A DNA stretch of 24,000 nucleotides from Streptomyces phage YDN12, in the sequence record NC_028974.1. One strand, given 5' to 3'. This document shows, in pieces, positions 6,768 through 15,070 of this stretch. Each line of letters opens with the position of its first letter. Position 1 is the first letter of the stretch. Position numbers and translations under genes: made by a program. The notes under the pieces were generated by a model that saw nothing but the letters and a program-made list of their open reading frames with translations, was not told the origin of the DNA and did not search any database.

Positions 6768-8945
6768 TCAGATATCGTACCCGAGGTCTTCGACCGCGAA
6801 CGGGTCCGGCTGTGCGGCCATCTGCGGGACGCTCACGGCCGAGGTGACCGCCGGGACCGCGCAGGGGCTGGCGTCGTCGTCAGCGGGCACCCACGGGTTG
6901 CCAGCGGGGACCACGCCGGACGGCTTCACCGGGTCGGCCACCGGCTCGGCGTCCTCGGCGGACCAGGTGTCTTCGTCCGCCTTCGCCACGGTCACGTTGA
7001 AGGCGCGGGACCCCTTGCCCACCCGGACTTCCGTGATCCCTTCCATCTGTGCGAAGCGGTTGAAGAACGCCCGCTCACCCATCTTCGACCCGCCGTTGCG
7101 CTCGGCCCACGCATTGAACGCGATGGCCACGTCACGGCGTCCGGTCGCGGTGGTCGGGTCCATCTTCTGCCCGTACGTCGCGGGTGCCACCGAACACATG
7201 TCCTGGAAGAACTGGACCACGCGGTCCGACTTCGCTTCGAAGTTGGCCTGCGTCGCCGCGTCCGTCCGGCCGTATCCGCCACGGGCCAGGAAGCGACCGT
7301 ACGCCTTCACCCACCGCGCGAGGATCCCCGGCAGCTCGGACATCAGCTTGTCTTCCAGCGTCTTGTCCTCACGGCCGGCAAAGCTGTTCGGGAACTCGAA
7401 GGGCTTCATCCGCTCGGCGTAGGCGCGGCTGGCCTCGGACACCGTGGGCAACTCGTTCGCGCTGAAGGCAACCAGGCACTGGTTCGTGAACTCGAACTGG
7501 TTGCCGTACTTCCTGTTCGCCTGCACCACGTCCTCACCCGTGATCATCTTGAACAGGGACAGGTCTTCCACGTGCTTGTTCGACAGGTCGGCCGCCACGT
7601 TCAGCATCTTGCCGTACAGGTTGGCCGCCGCGAACTGGTCCGTGGCCAAGTTGTGCAGCGTCACCGCGCTCGTGTTCTTCGCGCCCGCGACCGCTCGCAG
7701 AAGACGAAGGAACGTGGACTTCCCGGACCGGCTCGGGCCGAACAGGAACAGCGTCTTCGAAGGCGTCCGCGACGGGTCCAGCATCGTTCCGGCGGTCTCT
7801 TCGATGTCGGCCACCAGCGCGTCCAGCTCGGCGTCCGTCGCCCCTTCCTTCCGCAGTGCGTCCCGCAGCCACGCGTCATAGTTCGGCGTCGCGGTGTCCG
7901 GCTCGTATGCGGCGGTCACCTGGACGTACGACATGTGGTCGGGCGAGTGGGGCAGCAGCTCACCGGTACGCAGGTCCACCATGCCGTTGACGCAGTTCAG
8001 CAGCGGCGTGGACATGTGCTCGGGCAGCTTCTTACCCTCGGCAGCCAGCAGGCCCCGCAGGACGTCCGTGGTCTGCTTCAGGAAGCCGGGGGTGTAGAAG
8101 TTCCCGAGCAGCCCCACGACGCGGGACAGGATGGCGTCTTCGTCCACCTGGTACACACCGCCCACATACAGGGCGATGTTCTTTTCCACGGTGATCGCGG
8201 CCGGGGTCCCGTCCATGATCTTCTGCGCGGCATCCACCGGCTTGTACGTCAACGGCTTGTCCCTGGTGCCGAACAGCTTCGCGGCCTCGGCGTCCATCTC
8301 GGACTGAACGGGACGCTTCGCCTTCGGCTTCCGGGGCAGCTTCGGCGCGGCCTGCGCAAGCCACGTCTTCAGCATGTGGCCCCGCTTGTCCTCGGGGAAG
8401 CCGGCCAGGACATCGTCCACACCTTCGTTGCCGGTGCCCGTGGTGGCGACGTAGGCCACCGACTTCGCACCGTGGCGCTTCAGCTGCTTCGTGAACTGCT
8501 CGGCGGCCACCCATACGTCCTGGTTGGACTCGAAGTCCGCGTCCAACAACAGGAAGACGTCCCGCCCGTCCGCCACGGTGAGATCCGCGTGCTTGTATCC
8601 CCAGCAGCCGGACATGCCGTAGACGGCCATGTCGGCAGGGGCGTGGGACAGCACGGCGTACTGCTGCTTCGTGCCTTCCGCGATGATCATGCGAGTGAGA
8701 TCGTCACCGTCGCGCAGGCGGTTGAACGGGACCTTCGCGCCCTTCGGAAACTCGTACTTCACGGCGCGGCCTTCGTCGTCCACGCGCGGGTTGTCGGGGC
8801 GGTTCTGCCACACCGTGGCGCTGACCCCGTCGTTCCAGGGGAAGCGCAGTCCGCGCGGGGTGGACTCGATACCGCTGCTCTCAATCACCTCGGGCGTGAT
8901 GGCCGAGGCGGTCAGGATCGGCATGTGAGCGGCGCTGATGGTCAC
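6768..8945 (-). CDS. Phage primase/helicase (TOPRIM-like plus P4/D5-type SF3 helicase)
   Basis: ADLTVADGRDVFLLLDADFESNQDVW (TOPRIM-like), LFLFGPSRSGKSTFLRLLRAVAG (Walker A), GKMLNVAADLSN, QCLVAFSANELPTVSE (SF3 motif C-like). Confidence 0.85.
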   Translation of the reverse strand: MTISAAHMPILTASAITPEVIESSGIESTPRGLRFPWNDGVSATVWQNRPDNPRVDDEGRAVKYEFPKGAKVPFNRLRDGDDLTRMIIAEGTKQQYAVLSHAPADMAVYGMSGCWGYKHADLTVADGRDVFLLLDADFESNQDVWVAAEQFTKQLKRHGAKSVAYVATTGTGNEGVDDVLAGFPEDKRGHMLKTWLAQAAPKLPRKPKAKRPVQSEMDAEAAKLFGTRDKPLTYKPVDAAQKIMDGTPAAITVEKNIALYVGGVYQVDEDAILSRVVGLLGNFYTPGFLKQTTDVLRGLLAAEGKKLPEHMSTPLLNCVNGMVDLRTGELLPHSPDHMSYVQVTAAYEPDTATPNYDAWLRDALRKEGATDAELDALVADIEETAGTMLDPSRTPSKTLFLFGPSRSGKSTFLRLLRAVAGAKNTSAVTLHNLATDQFAAANLYGKMLNVAADLSNKHVEDLSLFKMITGEDVVQANRKYGNQFEFTNQCLVAFSANELPTVSEASRAYAERMKPFEFPNSFAGREDKTLEDKLMSELPGILARWVKAYGRFLARGGYGRTDAATQANFEAKSDRVVQFFQDMCSVAPATYGQKMDPTTATGRRDVAIAFNAWAERNGGSKMGERAFFNRFAQMEGITEVRVGKGSRAFNVTVAKADEDTWSAEDAEPVADPVKPSGVVPAGNPWVPADDDASPCAVPAVTSAVSVPQMAAQPDPFAVEDLGYDI

Positions 8946-8988
8946 CGGTGGTACCCTTCGGTTGTTGGTGGTGTCTTCTTCGCGGTTG

Positions 8989-9030
8989 TCGCTACAACAT
9001 CAGGGGCCGGTTCCTTCGGGGGTCGGCCCC
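8989..9030 (-). promoter_or_regulatory. Hairpin/promoter-like element upstream of the primase-helicase
   Basis: Stem ggggccg (9003-9009)/cggcccc (9024-9030). Minus strand TGTTGTAGCGACAACCGCGAAGAAGACACC carries the TAGCG -10-like box and the conserved CAACCGCGAAGAAG leader. Confidence 0.45.
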
Positions 9031-9316
9031 TTTGCTGTGTTCCTGGGATGAAGGTACATCATCGCAAGCTACGGTGCAACCGCTGTCCAGACATGATCCC
9101 TGGTAAGGGGACGATGGGGCAGCGGGACCGGCTGGCCTGCTGTCGGCGGTCCCACCGTACACCCGGACGGGGACAGCGGGCGGGGTCCCCTCGGGCCGGC
9201 CGGGGCCGCTTCTGCCGGGGCCCTGGAACGTGAGCCCCACGACGTGGCGCATCCGAGGCCGTTTCGGTAGACGCAGCGTGACACCGCATGAACGCAGCGT
9301 GCCCGTGGCAGAAGTG

Positions 9317-9546
9317 GGCAGAAACGGCCGTTGCATCGTCGCAGGTCAGAGACTTGTGGCAGCAGATTCCCAACCTTTCGTATTAGGGCATGTGTGGTGA
9401 GGCAGGGACGTGACTACTACATGTATGCGCCCGCGCGCACAGAGTGGTACCTAGGGTCCCGTGACGAAAAACCGTGTCTATACGAAAGGTTGGGAATCTG
9501 CTGCCACATCCGCCTGACCTGCGGTTTTGCCCCGCTCGTTTCTGCC
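9317..9546. repeat. Large symmetric bipartite inverted repeat
   Basis: Perfect 29-bp arms tgtggcagcagattcccaacctttcgtat (9355-9383) and its reverse complement (9480-9508). Further symmetric blocks: cgcaggtcag (9340-9349)/ctgacctgcg (9514-9523) and ggcagaaacg (9317-9326)/cgtttctgcc (9537-9546). Confidence 0.95.
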
Positions 9547-9571
9547 ACACCCGAAACGTCGTGGGGCTGTG

Positions 9572-9601
9572 TTGACCCCGGTCCCTTGGTTCCTGTACGA
9601 T
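9572..9601 (+). promoter_or_regulatory. Promoter for a probably leaderless gene at 9608
   Basis: TTGACC (9572-9577), N18, TACGAT (9596-9601); ATG starts 7 nt downstream of the -10. Confidence 0.5.
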
Positions 9602-9607
9602 GGCAGC

Positions 9608-10450
9608 ATGACAACGACCGCGAACGACACGCAGCCGCAGCAGCCGGCCGAAGCGCCGCTGACCTGGACGAAGAAGAAGGAATGGGGGTCCGAGGGGCTG
9701 ACCCACCGGGCCGCCGCGACGATCAACGGTGAGTCCTGGACCTTCACCGTGGACAGCCCAAGCAAGGGCCAGTGGGTGGCCCGCGCCTGGCGTGACGGGG
9801 ACTTCGCCCTGTACCGCGAAGACCGCACCATGAAGGGTGCGAAGCAGCAGGCGCAGGACTACGCGGACGAAGCCGCCACGTCCACCTGCACCGAGTGCAA
9901 GAGGATCACCCACGGCAAGGTGTCCGGCCACAAGCTGGACTGCGGCACCGGCCGCGCCGAGGCGGTGGCGCGGTCCACCGAGCGCGGCGAGCGGATCGGA
10001 CTGCGGTCCGAGGACGCACCGGCCCCGGTGGTCCTGGTGGACGAAGGTGCCGAGCTGCTGGCGGTCACCGAGGTTCAGGACTCGGTCATCATCGGCCCCG
10101 CCGTGCTGGACCAGCTCGGGCCCGAGGACGCGCAGAAGCTGATGGCCGAGCTGGAAGAGACCTTCCCGCACCTGGCTGAGTGGAAGGCGCGCACCCTCGG
10201 GGACCGGCTGCGGAAGACGGGGGACCAGCTCGGGCAGGCGGCTGAGACGATGGCCGCACAGATGATGCCCGCCGTGGTGGACGCGTCCGAGTCCATGCGC
10301 CGGATGAGCGAAGCCGTGGAACGGGTCCAGGCGGCCCGCGACCGGGTGCAGCTGCGGAAGGAAACCTGCGGGTGCCGGACGCCGCTGCACACGATGCGCT
10401 GCGGTGTCGGTGGCCGCGCCCGCGTGATCAGCCCGGCGGTGTCGGCATGA
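9608..10450 (+). CDS. Hypothetical protein (280 aa) with CTEC...C metal-site-like motif
   Basis: MTTTANDTQPQQPAEAPLTWTKKKEWGSEGLTHRAAATINGESWTFTV...STCTECKRITHGKVSGHKLDC... Confidence 0.75.
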   Translation: MTTTANDTQPQQPAEAPLTWTKKKEWGSEGLTHRAAATINGESWTFTVDSPSKGQWVARAWRDGDFALYREDRTMKGAKQQAQDYADEAATSTCTECKRITHGKVSGHKLDCGTGRAEAVARSTERGERIGLRSEDAPAPVVLVDEGAELLAVTEVQDSVIIGPAVLDQLGPEDAQKLMAELEETFPHLAEWKARTLGDRLRKTGDQLGQAAETMAAQMMPAVVDASESMRRMSEAVERVQAARDRVQLRKETCGCRTPLHTMRCGVGGRARVISPAVSA

Positions 10451-11127
10451 ACCGGTGGGACGAGATCCAGGGGCTGGCCCGCGACATCGCGTCGAACATC
10501 CACGCCGAGCCGGCCGCGCGCGACGCCATGGCGAACGACCTGATCAAGCTGTGTGGCGCGATGATCAACGCCGTGGGCAAGGGCGTGGCCGTCGAAGGTG
10601 AGTCGTCCATGAACGACGACGATGACGACTCGGCGCACGCCCGCTACCTGGTGGGTGAGCGCATTCAGTCCGGGGCGGACGAAGCGGTGTCCGAGGCCAC
10701 GGACGCGGACCTGGACCGCTGGACGCGGCCGAGCCCCGGTGACCCGTGCCAGTGCGGGCACGTGCCGAGCGTGCACAAGAACGGCACCGGCCACTGCGGC
10801 GGTGAGGCGTTCAACCACGAGCAGTGCAACGGCGGCCCCTGCAACGGCTTCGTGCGGCGCGTCCCGGACTGGGGCTGGAAGCCGGTGGACCGGCGGCCGG
10901 CCGCGTTGCGGGCCAGCTCGGGACCGGTCACCGTGGTGATGCCGGACCGGGAACCGGTGTTGCTCGGCAACCCCGAGCCGGTGAACCTGGACGGCTTCGG
11001 CGCAACGCCCGTCGCAGCGTCGCAGCGGCCGTGTTGCTACGTGTCGCCGTGCGCGCCGTGTCGCAGCGGTCACCCGCTTGGCCGTTGCTGCTTCCCGTTG
11101 CGGGAAGTCTGCCCGACGCACCACTGA
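10447..11127 (+). CDS. Hypothetical Cys/His-rich protein (226 aa)
   Basis: ATGA overlap with the upstream stop (10447-10450). MNRWDEIQGLARDIASNIHAEPAARDAMANDLIKLCGAMINAVG...CQCGHVPSVHKNGTGHCGGEAFNHEQCNGGPCNGF. Confidence 0.75.
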   Translation: MNRWDEIQGLARDIASNIHAEPAARDAMANDLIKLCGAMINAVGKGVAVEGESSMNDDDDDSAHARYLVGERIQSGADEAVSEATDADLDRWTRPSPGDPCQCGHVPSVHKNGTGHCGGEAFNHEQCNGGPCNGFVRRVPDWGWKPVDRRPAALRASSGPVTVVMPDREPVLLGNPEPVNLDGFGATPVAASQRPCCYVSPCAPCRSGHPLGRCCFPLREVCPTHH

Positions 11128-11140
11128 TCGGACTGGTTTC

Positions 11141-11179
11141 AGGGCCGGGGTTGCATGTGCAGCCCCGGCCCTGTAGCGT
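11141..11179 (+). promoter_or_regulatory. Hairpin plus embedded promoter cassette
   Basis: Stem agggccgggg/ccccggccct, TTGCAT 11151-11156, N17, TAGCGT 11174-11179. Confidence 0.75.
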
Positions 11180-11220
11180 GGAACCTGTAACCGCGAATCA
11201 ACCACCGACAGGAAGAACTC

Positions 11221-13059
11221 ATGTCGTTTGAACTCAGGCAGTACCAGTCCGAGGCGCTGGCCGCTGTTGAGCAGCAGTGGTCCGAGGGCATCAACCGCCC
11301 CGTGATCGTGCTGCCCACCGGGGCCGGCAAGACCGTGTGCTTCAGCGGCCTTATCGCGGCGCACATCGAGCGACTGCGTAAGCAGGGGCAGCGCGTGCTG
11401 GTCCTGGCCCACCGTGAAGAACTGCTGGAACAGGCTGAAGCGAAGATCAAGGCCATGATCCCCGGCGTCTGGACCGCCATCGTCAAGGGCGCGCGCGGGA
11501 AGACCACGCACCAGTTCGCTGACGTCGTCGTGGCCTCGGTGCAGACGCTGGCCCGCCCGAAGCGCCGCGCGGACGTGGACCGCATCGGGCTGGTCATCGT
11601 GGATGAGTGCCACCGCTACGCGTCCCGCACGTACCGCGAAGTCCTGGACCACTACGGGTGCATGGACGACCGCGCGACACCCACCGTGGGCTTCACCGCG
11701 ACCCTGACCCGCATGGACGGCGGGCTGCCGGACGTCTGGCAGTCGGTGGCCTACTCGAAGAAGATTCACTGGATGATCAAGGAAGGGTACCTGGTCGCCC
11801 CGGTCGCCCGTTCCATCGACGTGCCCGGCCTGAACCTGGCGTCCACCCGCGTGACGGGCGGGGACCTGAACACCGGGGACCTGGCCGCCGCGCTGGAAGA
11901 CTCGGCAGCGTTCACGGCCATCGCAGAGACCTGGTGCACCGAGGCGAGCGAGCGGCCCACGATCGTTTTCATGCCGGACGTGGCGACCGCCGAGAAGATG
12001 GCCGAGGCGTTCAGGGCGGTCTGCGGGACCACGGCCGAGGTCATCACGGGGGCGACGAAGACGACCGACCGCCGGGCCGCGTACGCCCGCTTCAACGGCG
12101 GTGAGACACGCATCCTGGTCAGCTGCATGGTGCTGACCGAGGGGTTCGACGCGCCCGCCACCAGCTGCGTGATCATCGGACGTCCGACGCTCAACCCCGG
12201 CCTGTACATCCAGATGGTGGGGCGCGGCCTGCGGCTGTCCGCCGGGAAGACTGACTGCCTGGTCCTGGACATCGCGGGTGCGTCGCTGAAGCACAACCTG
12301 GCCGGCGTGAACGATCTGGAATCGGACTGCGCCGGACGGTGTGACTGCAACTGCCTGTCCTGCGGGTGCTCGGACCGGTGCAAGTGCGGCATCCGTCAGT
12401 GCGGCTGCCGGTGCGTCGAACAGCACGAGAAGCCCTCGGCCATCTGCAACTGCGCGGGGTCGGACCAGTGTTCGTGCGGCTGCCCCGGTGACCTGGACGG
12501 CACCGGCCTGGACGCCTGCGCCTGCGGCATCAACCCTGACTGCGCCTGCCGGGGTGAAGGCCCGGTCCAGCCGGACAAGGAAGTGGGGGTGGAAGTCCTG
12601 AAGAAGCTGGTGGACGTAGACATCCTCGGCACCGAGCTGGCCGCGTCCCCGTTTACGTGGCTGACCACGAAGGCGGGCATCCGCTTCCTGCCGGTCGGGC
12701 AGGACGTCAACCTGTTCCTGCTGCCGGACCCGAACGCGCCGGGCCAGTTCTTCCAGGGGAAGGTTGACGGGACGACCGCGAAGGCCCCTGTGTCCCGGCT
12801 GGACAGCGGCTCGTGTGACCCCTCGGTGGCGCGGAAGGCCATGGAAGACTACGCCGAAACGACCGGCTTCACCTTCAACAACCGGAAGGCCAGCTGGCGC
12901 AGGACGCCCGCGTCCGACGCGCAGACGAACCTGCTGCGCCGGATGGGCGAGACGATCCCCGAGGGGCTGCGCAAGGGTGACGCCTCGGACATGCTCGCCG
13001 TGGCGAAGGTCAGCCGCGTCCTGGACGGACGCTTCGGGAAGTACGTCACCACGGCGTGA
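11221..13059 (+). CDS. SF2 DEAD/DEAH-type helicase with a 20-Cys C-x-C insertion
   Basis: LRQYQSEAL (Q-motif-like), VLPTGAGKT (Walker A), VIVDECHRY (DECH), GFTATLTR, VSCMVLTEGFDAP, QMVGRGLR (motif VI); Cys-rich segment CAGRCDCNCLSCGCSDRCKCG...ACACGINPDCACRGE. Confidence 0.9.
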   Translation: MSFELRQYQSEALAAVEQQWSEGINRPVIVLPTGAGKTVCFSGLIAAHIERLRKQGQRVLVLAHREELLEQAEAKIKAMIPGVWTAIVKGARGKTTHQFADVVVASVQTLARPKRRADVDRIGLVIVDECHRYASRTYREVLDHYGCMDDRATPTVGFTATLTRMDGGLPDVWQSVAYSKKIHWMIKEGYLVAPVARSIDVPGLNLASTRVTGGDLNTGDLAAALEDSAAFTAIAETWCTEASERPTIVFMPDVATAEKMAEAFRAVCGTTAEVITGATKTTDRRAAYARFNGGETRILVSCMVLTEGFDAPATSCVIIGRPTLNPGLYIQMVGRGLRLSAGKTDCLVLDIAGASLKHNLAGVNDLESDCAGRCDCNCLSCGCSDRCKCGIRQCGCRCVEQHEKPSAICNCAGSDQCSCGCPGDLDGTGLDACACGINPDCACRGEGPVQPDKEVGVEVLKKLVDVDILGTELAASPFTWLTTKAGIRFLPVGQDVNLFLLPDPNAPGQFFQGKVDGTTAKAPVSRLDSGSCDPSVARKAMEDYAETTGFTFNNRKASWRRTPASDAQTNLLRRMGETIPEGLRKGDASDMLAVAKVSRVLDGRFGKYVTTA

Positions 13060-13075
13060 CGCGCACCACCCACAC

Positions 13076-13121
13076 GGGCCCGCTGTTCCCCTGGACAGCG
13101 GGCCCGCTGCTGTGCCATGCT
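13076..13121 (+). promoter_or_regulatory. Hairpin plus promoter cassette
   Basis: Stem gggcccgctgt/acagcgggccc (13076-13086/13095-13105), TGGACA 13092-13097, N18, CATGCT 13116-13121, then GTTGCAACCAACCGCG leader. Confidence 0.6.
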
Positions 13122-13155
13122 TATGTTGCAACCAACCGCGAGAGAGGAACCACCC

Positions 13156-13542
13156 GTGAACATCGAGATCATCAGCTTTGGGTACCTGCACGGTGACCCG
13201 CCGGCCGCGCACATCACGCTGGACCTGCGCCACCACTTTCGGGACCCGCACGTCCACACCGAGCTGCGCTACCTGACCGCGCACGACACCGAGGTACAGC
13301 GGGCGGTGTCCGACACCGCTGGCATTCCGGAACTGCTGCTGGACACCGTCCGCATGGTCCACGCCTTCGGCAAGGGACCGACCGCCGGAACGGTCCGGGT
13401 GGCCGTGGGCTGCGCGGGCGGACGTCACCGCGCCGCGTCCTTCGCCATGTTCCTCGGTTCCGCGCTCGGCACCGACCACGTGGAACACCGTGACCTGTCG
13501 AAGCCGGTCGTGGACCGCGACGCGAAGGGGAACCGCTCATGA
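13156..13542 (+). CDS. Stand-alone RapZ C-terminal-domain-like protein
   Basis: GTG start after gagaggaac; MNIEIISFGYLHGDPPAAHITLDLRHHFRDP...LRYLTAHDTEVQ...VRVAVGCAGGRHRAASFAMFL...VEHRDLSK matches the RapZ-C pattern (SFGYKxGxPxxAD, DxRxxxNP, IGCTGGxHRS, HRD). Confidence 0.8.
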   Translation: MNIEIISFGYLHGDPPAAHITLDLRHHFRDPHVHTELRYLTAHDTEVQRAVSDTAGIPELLLDTVRMVHAFGKGPTAGTVRVAVGCAGGRHRAASFAMFLGSALGTDHVEHRDLSKPVVDRDAKGNRS

Positions 13543-13961
13543 GCACCGCCGCGAACGCGGCTGCCGCGTACGCCGCAATGCGCACCGCCGCTCACGTCGC
13601 GGACCACTGGTTCCAGACGGGCCACCAGGCCGCTCACAAGGCGGACGCGGGGCTGGCGGGACACCGGGCCATGGCGGGTCACATCGCCTCTTACGCGGGC
13701 GCACAGGCGGTCGCCCTGGTCGCGGTGAACAGCCTGCTGGACATGAAGCTGAAGCCGGGCCGGATCGCGTCGGCAGTCGCGGTCAGCGCGGCCACCCACT
13801 GGTTCATCGATCGCCGCTGGCCGGTGCGGAAGCTGGCCGAGGCCACGGGGCACAAGCCGTTCCACGACCTCGGTGGCCCGCTCGGCGGCGCGTACATCCT
13901 GGACCAGTCGGCGCACCACCTGATGGAAGGCGTGGCCGCTGTCGTGGCCGCGCGCGGCTGA
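13539..13961 (+). CDS. DUF3307-like His-rich membrane protein
   Basis: ATGA overlap with the preceding gene. HVADHWFQTGHQAAHKA...HIASYAGAQAVALVAVN...ATHWFIDRRWP...DQSAHHLME. Confidence 0.55.
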   Translation: MSTAANAAAAYAAMRTAAHVADHWFQTGHQAAHKADAGLAGHRAMAGHIASYAGAQAVALVAVNSLLDMKLKPGRIASAVAVSAATHWFIDRRWPVRKLAEATGHKPFHDLGGPLGGAYILDQSAHHLMEGVAAVVAARG

Positions 13962-13982
13962 CCACCCGCCGGCCACCCCGGA

Positions 13983-14027
13983 CCCCCGGTGCAGCAGGTT
14001 GCACCGGGGGTTCAGCTGTGCTTAAAT
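13983..14027 (+). promoter_or_regulatory. Hairpin plus promoter cassette
   Basis: Stem cccccggtgca/tgcaccggggg (13983-13993/14000-14010), TTGCAC 13999-14004, N17, TTAAAT 14022-14027. Confidence 0.7.
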
Positions 14028-14068
14028 GGCAACACTTACCAACAACGACCGGAAGACAGGAACGGATC

Positions 14069-14611
14069 ATGAATGCCACGACCACCGCCGAGCTGCGTGA
14101 CCAGGCCACGGCCACCGCAACGCTCAACAGGGTCCGCGACGGGCTGAACACCGCCGTGGACAACCTCACCACCGTTACGGACGCGCTCTGGGACCACGTC
14201 GTCCGTGTCCGCCCGAAGGGTCTGCTGACCGTGGACGAGATGGCCGAGGCGATCGGCCGCGACCGCAACTACGTGGACAGCATCTGGTCCGCCCACGGCG
14301 AGACCACGAAGGGGAAGCAGACCCGCGTGCCGGTGGCCGAGGGCGTTGACCCCGAGGCCGCGCGCCACGCGTACGAGACGCTGGCGGACGCGGCGAACAG
14401 CCGGCAGCGCGCGGTGTCCGGGGTGTCCACGGCCCGTGCCGAGCGGGACCGTGTGGTGGCCCTGGTCTACGGCTCGAAGCTGCTCGGCCCCTCGGCCATC
14501 GCGTCCGCCGTGGACGTGGACCGCAACCACGTGCTGCGCATCGCACGGAAGGCGGGCGTGAAGCCGGTGCACCGTGTCGGCAGTAAGAACCAGTACACCA
14601 ACGGCAGCTGA
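14069..14611 (+). CDS. HTH-containing hypothetical protein (180 aa)
   Basis: MNATTTAELRDQATATATLNRVRDG...LTVDEMAEAIGRDRNYVDSIWSAHG...LLGPSAIASAVDVDRNHVLRIARKAGVKP: two HTH-like segments. Confidence 0.7.
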   Translation: MNATTTAELRDQATATATLNRVRDGLNTAVDNLTTVTDALWDHVVRVRPKGLLTVDEMAEAIGRDRNYVDSIWSAHGETTKGKQTRVPVAEGVDPEAARHAYETLADAANSRQRAVSGVSTARAERDRVVALVYGSKLLGPSAIASAVDVDRNHVLRIARKAGVKPVHRVGSKNQYTNGS

Positions 14612-14632
14612 GACAGCAGGGACGGGAAGACG

Positions 14633-15070
14633 ATGATGAGCAGCAGCATGGACGACACCGAGCACTGGGCGAACGTGGCCGCCGAGGAACTGGCCCGCGC
14701 GCTGGACCTGACCGGCATCGGCTTCATGGGCACCGCCGGGGACGAAGACGGGGACGTGTCCGTGGCCTTCAACAGCCTGGCGGACGCCGAAGCGCTGATG
14801 ACCCTGGCGGTACCCCAGAACATCGAAACCGGCAGCCTGTATGACCGGGCCACGTCGTCCTGCCTCACCATGGCGGGCTTCGTGGAATCCGGCACGGACC
14901 CCACGGAAGCGCAGATCGAACACGCCGTCCGGACCGGCTGGACGTGGACGATCCACCCCGCGATGCGGGGCCGCCGGATGGGCTGGCACGTCAGCGTGGA
15001 CATTCCCGCTGCGGACGCCAACCAGGTGACCGCCAACCTGAACGCGCTGCGTCTCGGCGGTGTGGCGTGA
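14633..15070 (+). CDS. Hypothetical protein (145 aa)
   Basis: MMSSSMDDTEHWANVAAEELARALDLTGIGFMGTAGDEDGDVSVAFNSLADAEALMTLAVPQ...; RBS-like gggaag upstream. Confidence 0.7.
   Translation: MMSSSMDDTEHWANVAAEELARALDLTGIGFMGTAGDEDGDVSVAFNSLADAEALMTLAVPQNIETGSLYDRATSSCLTMAGFVESGTDPTEAQIEHAVRTGWTWTIHPAMRGRRMGWHVSVDIPAADANQVTANLNALRLGGVA

Noticed and set aside
4306-7422. 1038-aa plus-strand ORF
   Set aside because: Antisense shadow of the DNA polymerase and neighbours in high-GC DNA; repetitive Arg/Val/His/Leu-rich composition and no domain signals.
6687-9233. 848-aa plus-strand ORF
   Set aside because: Antisense to the primase-helicase.
9048-9233. 61-aa plus-strand ORF with CNRC...CC (MKVHHRKLRCNRCPDMIPGKG...)
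   Set aside because: Only the N-terminal 35 residues look protein-like, with no RBS or promoter and an Arg/Gly/Pro low-quality C-terminus; kept as non-coding unless homologs appear.
9384-9479. Centre of the large inverted repeat as a continuation of the palindrome
   Set aside because: Aligning 9384-9431 with the reverse complement of 9432-9479 gives near-random identity, so symmetry is limited to the three outer blocks.
12307-12570. Cys-rich stretch as a DNA tandem repeat or misassembly
   Set aside because: The underlying DNA is not an exact tandem repeat and the reading frame continues cleanly on both sides, so it is a protein-level feature.
10075-13488. 1137-aa minus-strand ORF
   Set aside because: Antisense to the well-supported helicase and RapZ-C-like genes; typical GC-rich shadow ORF.
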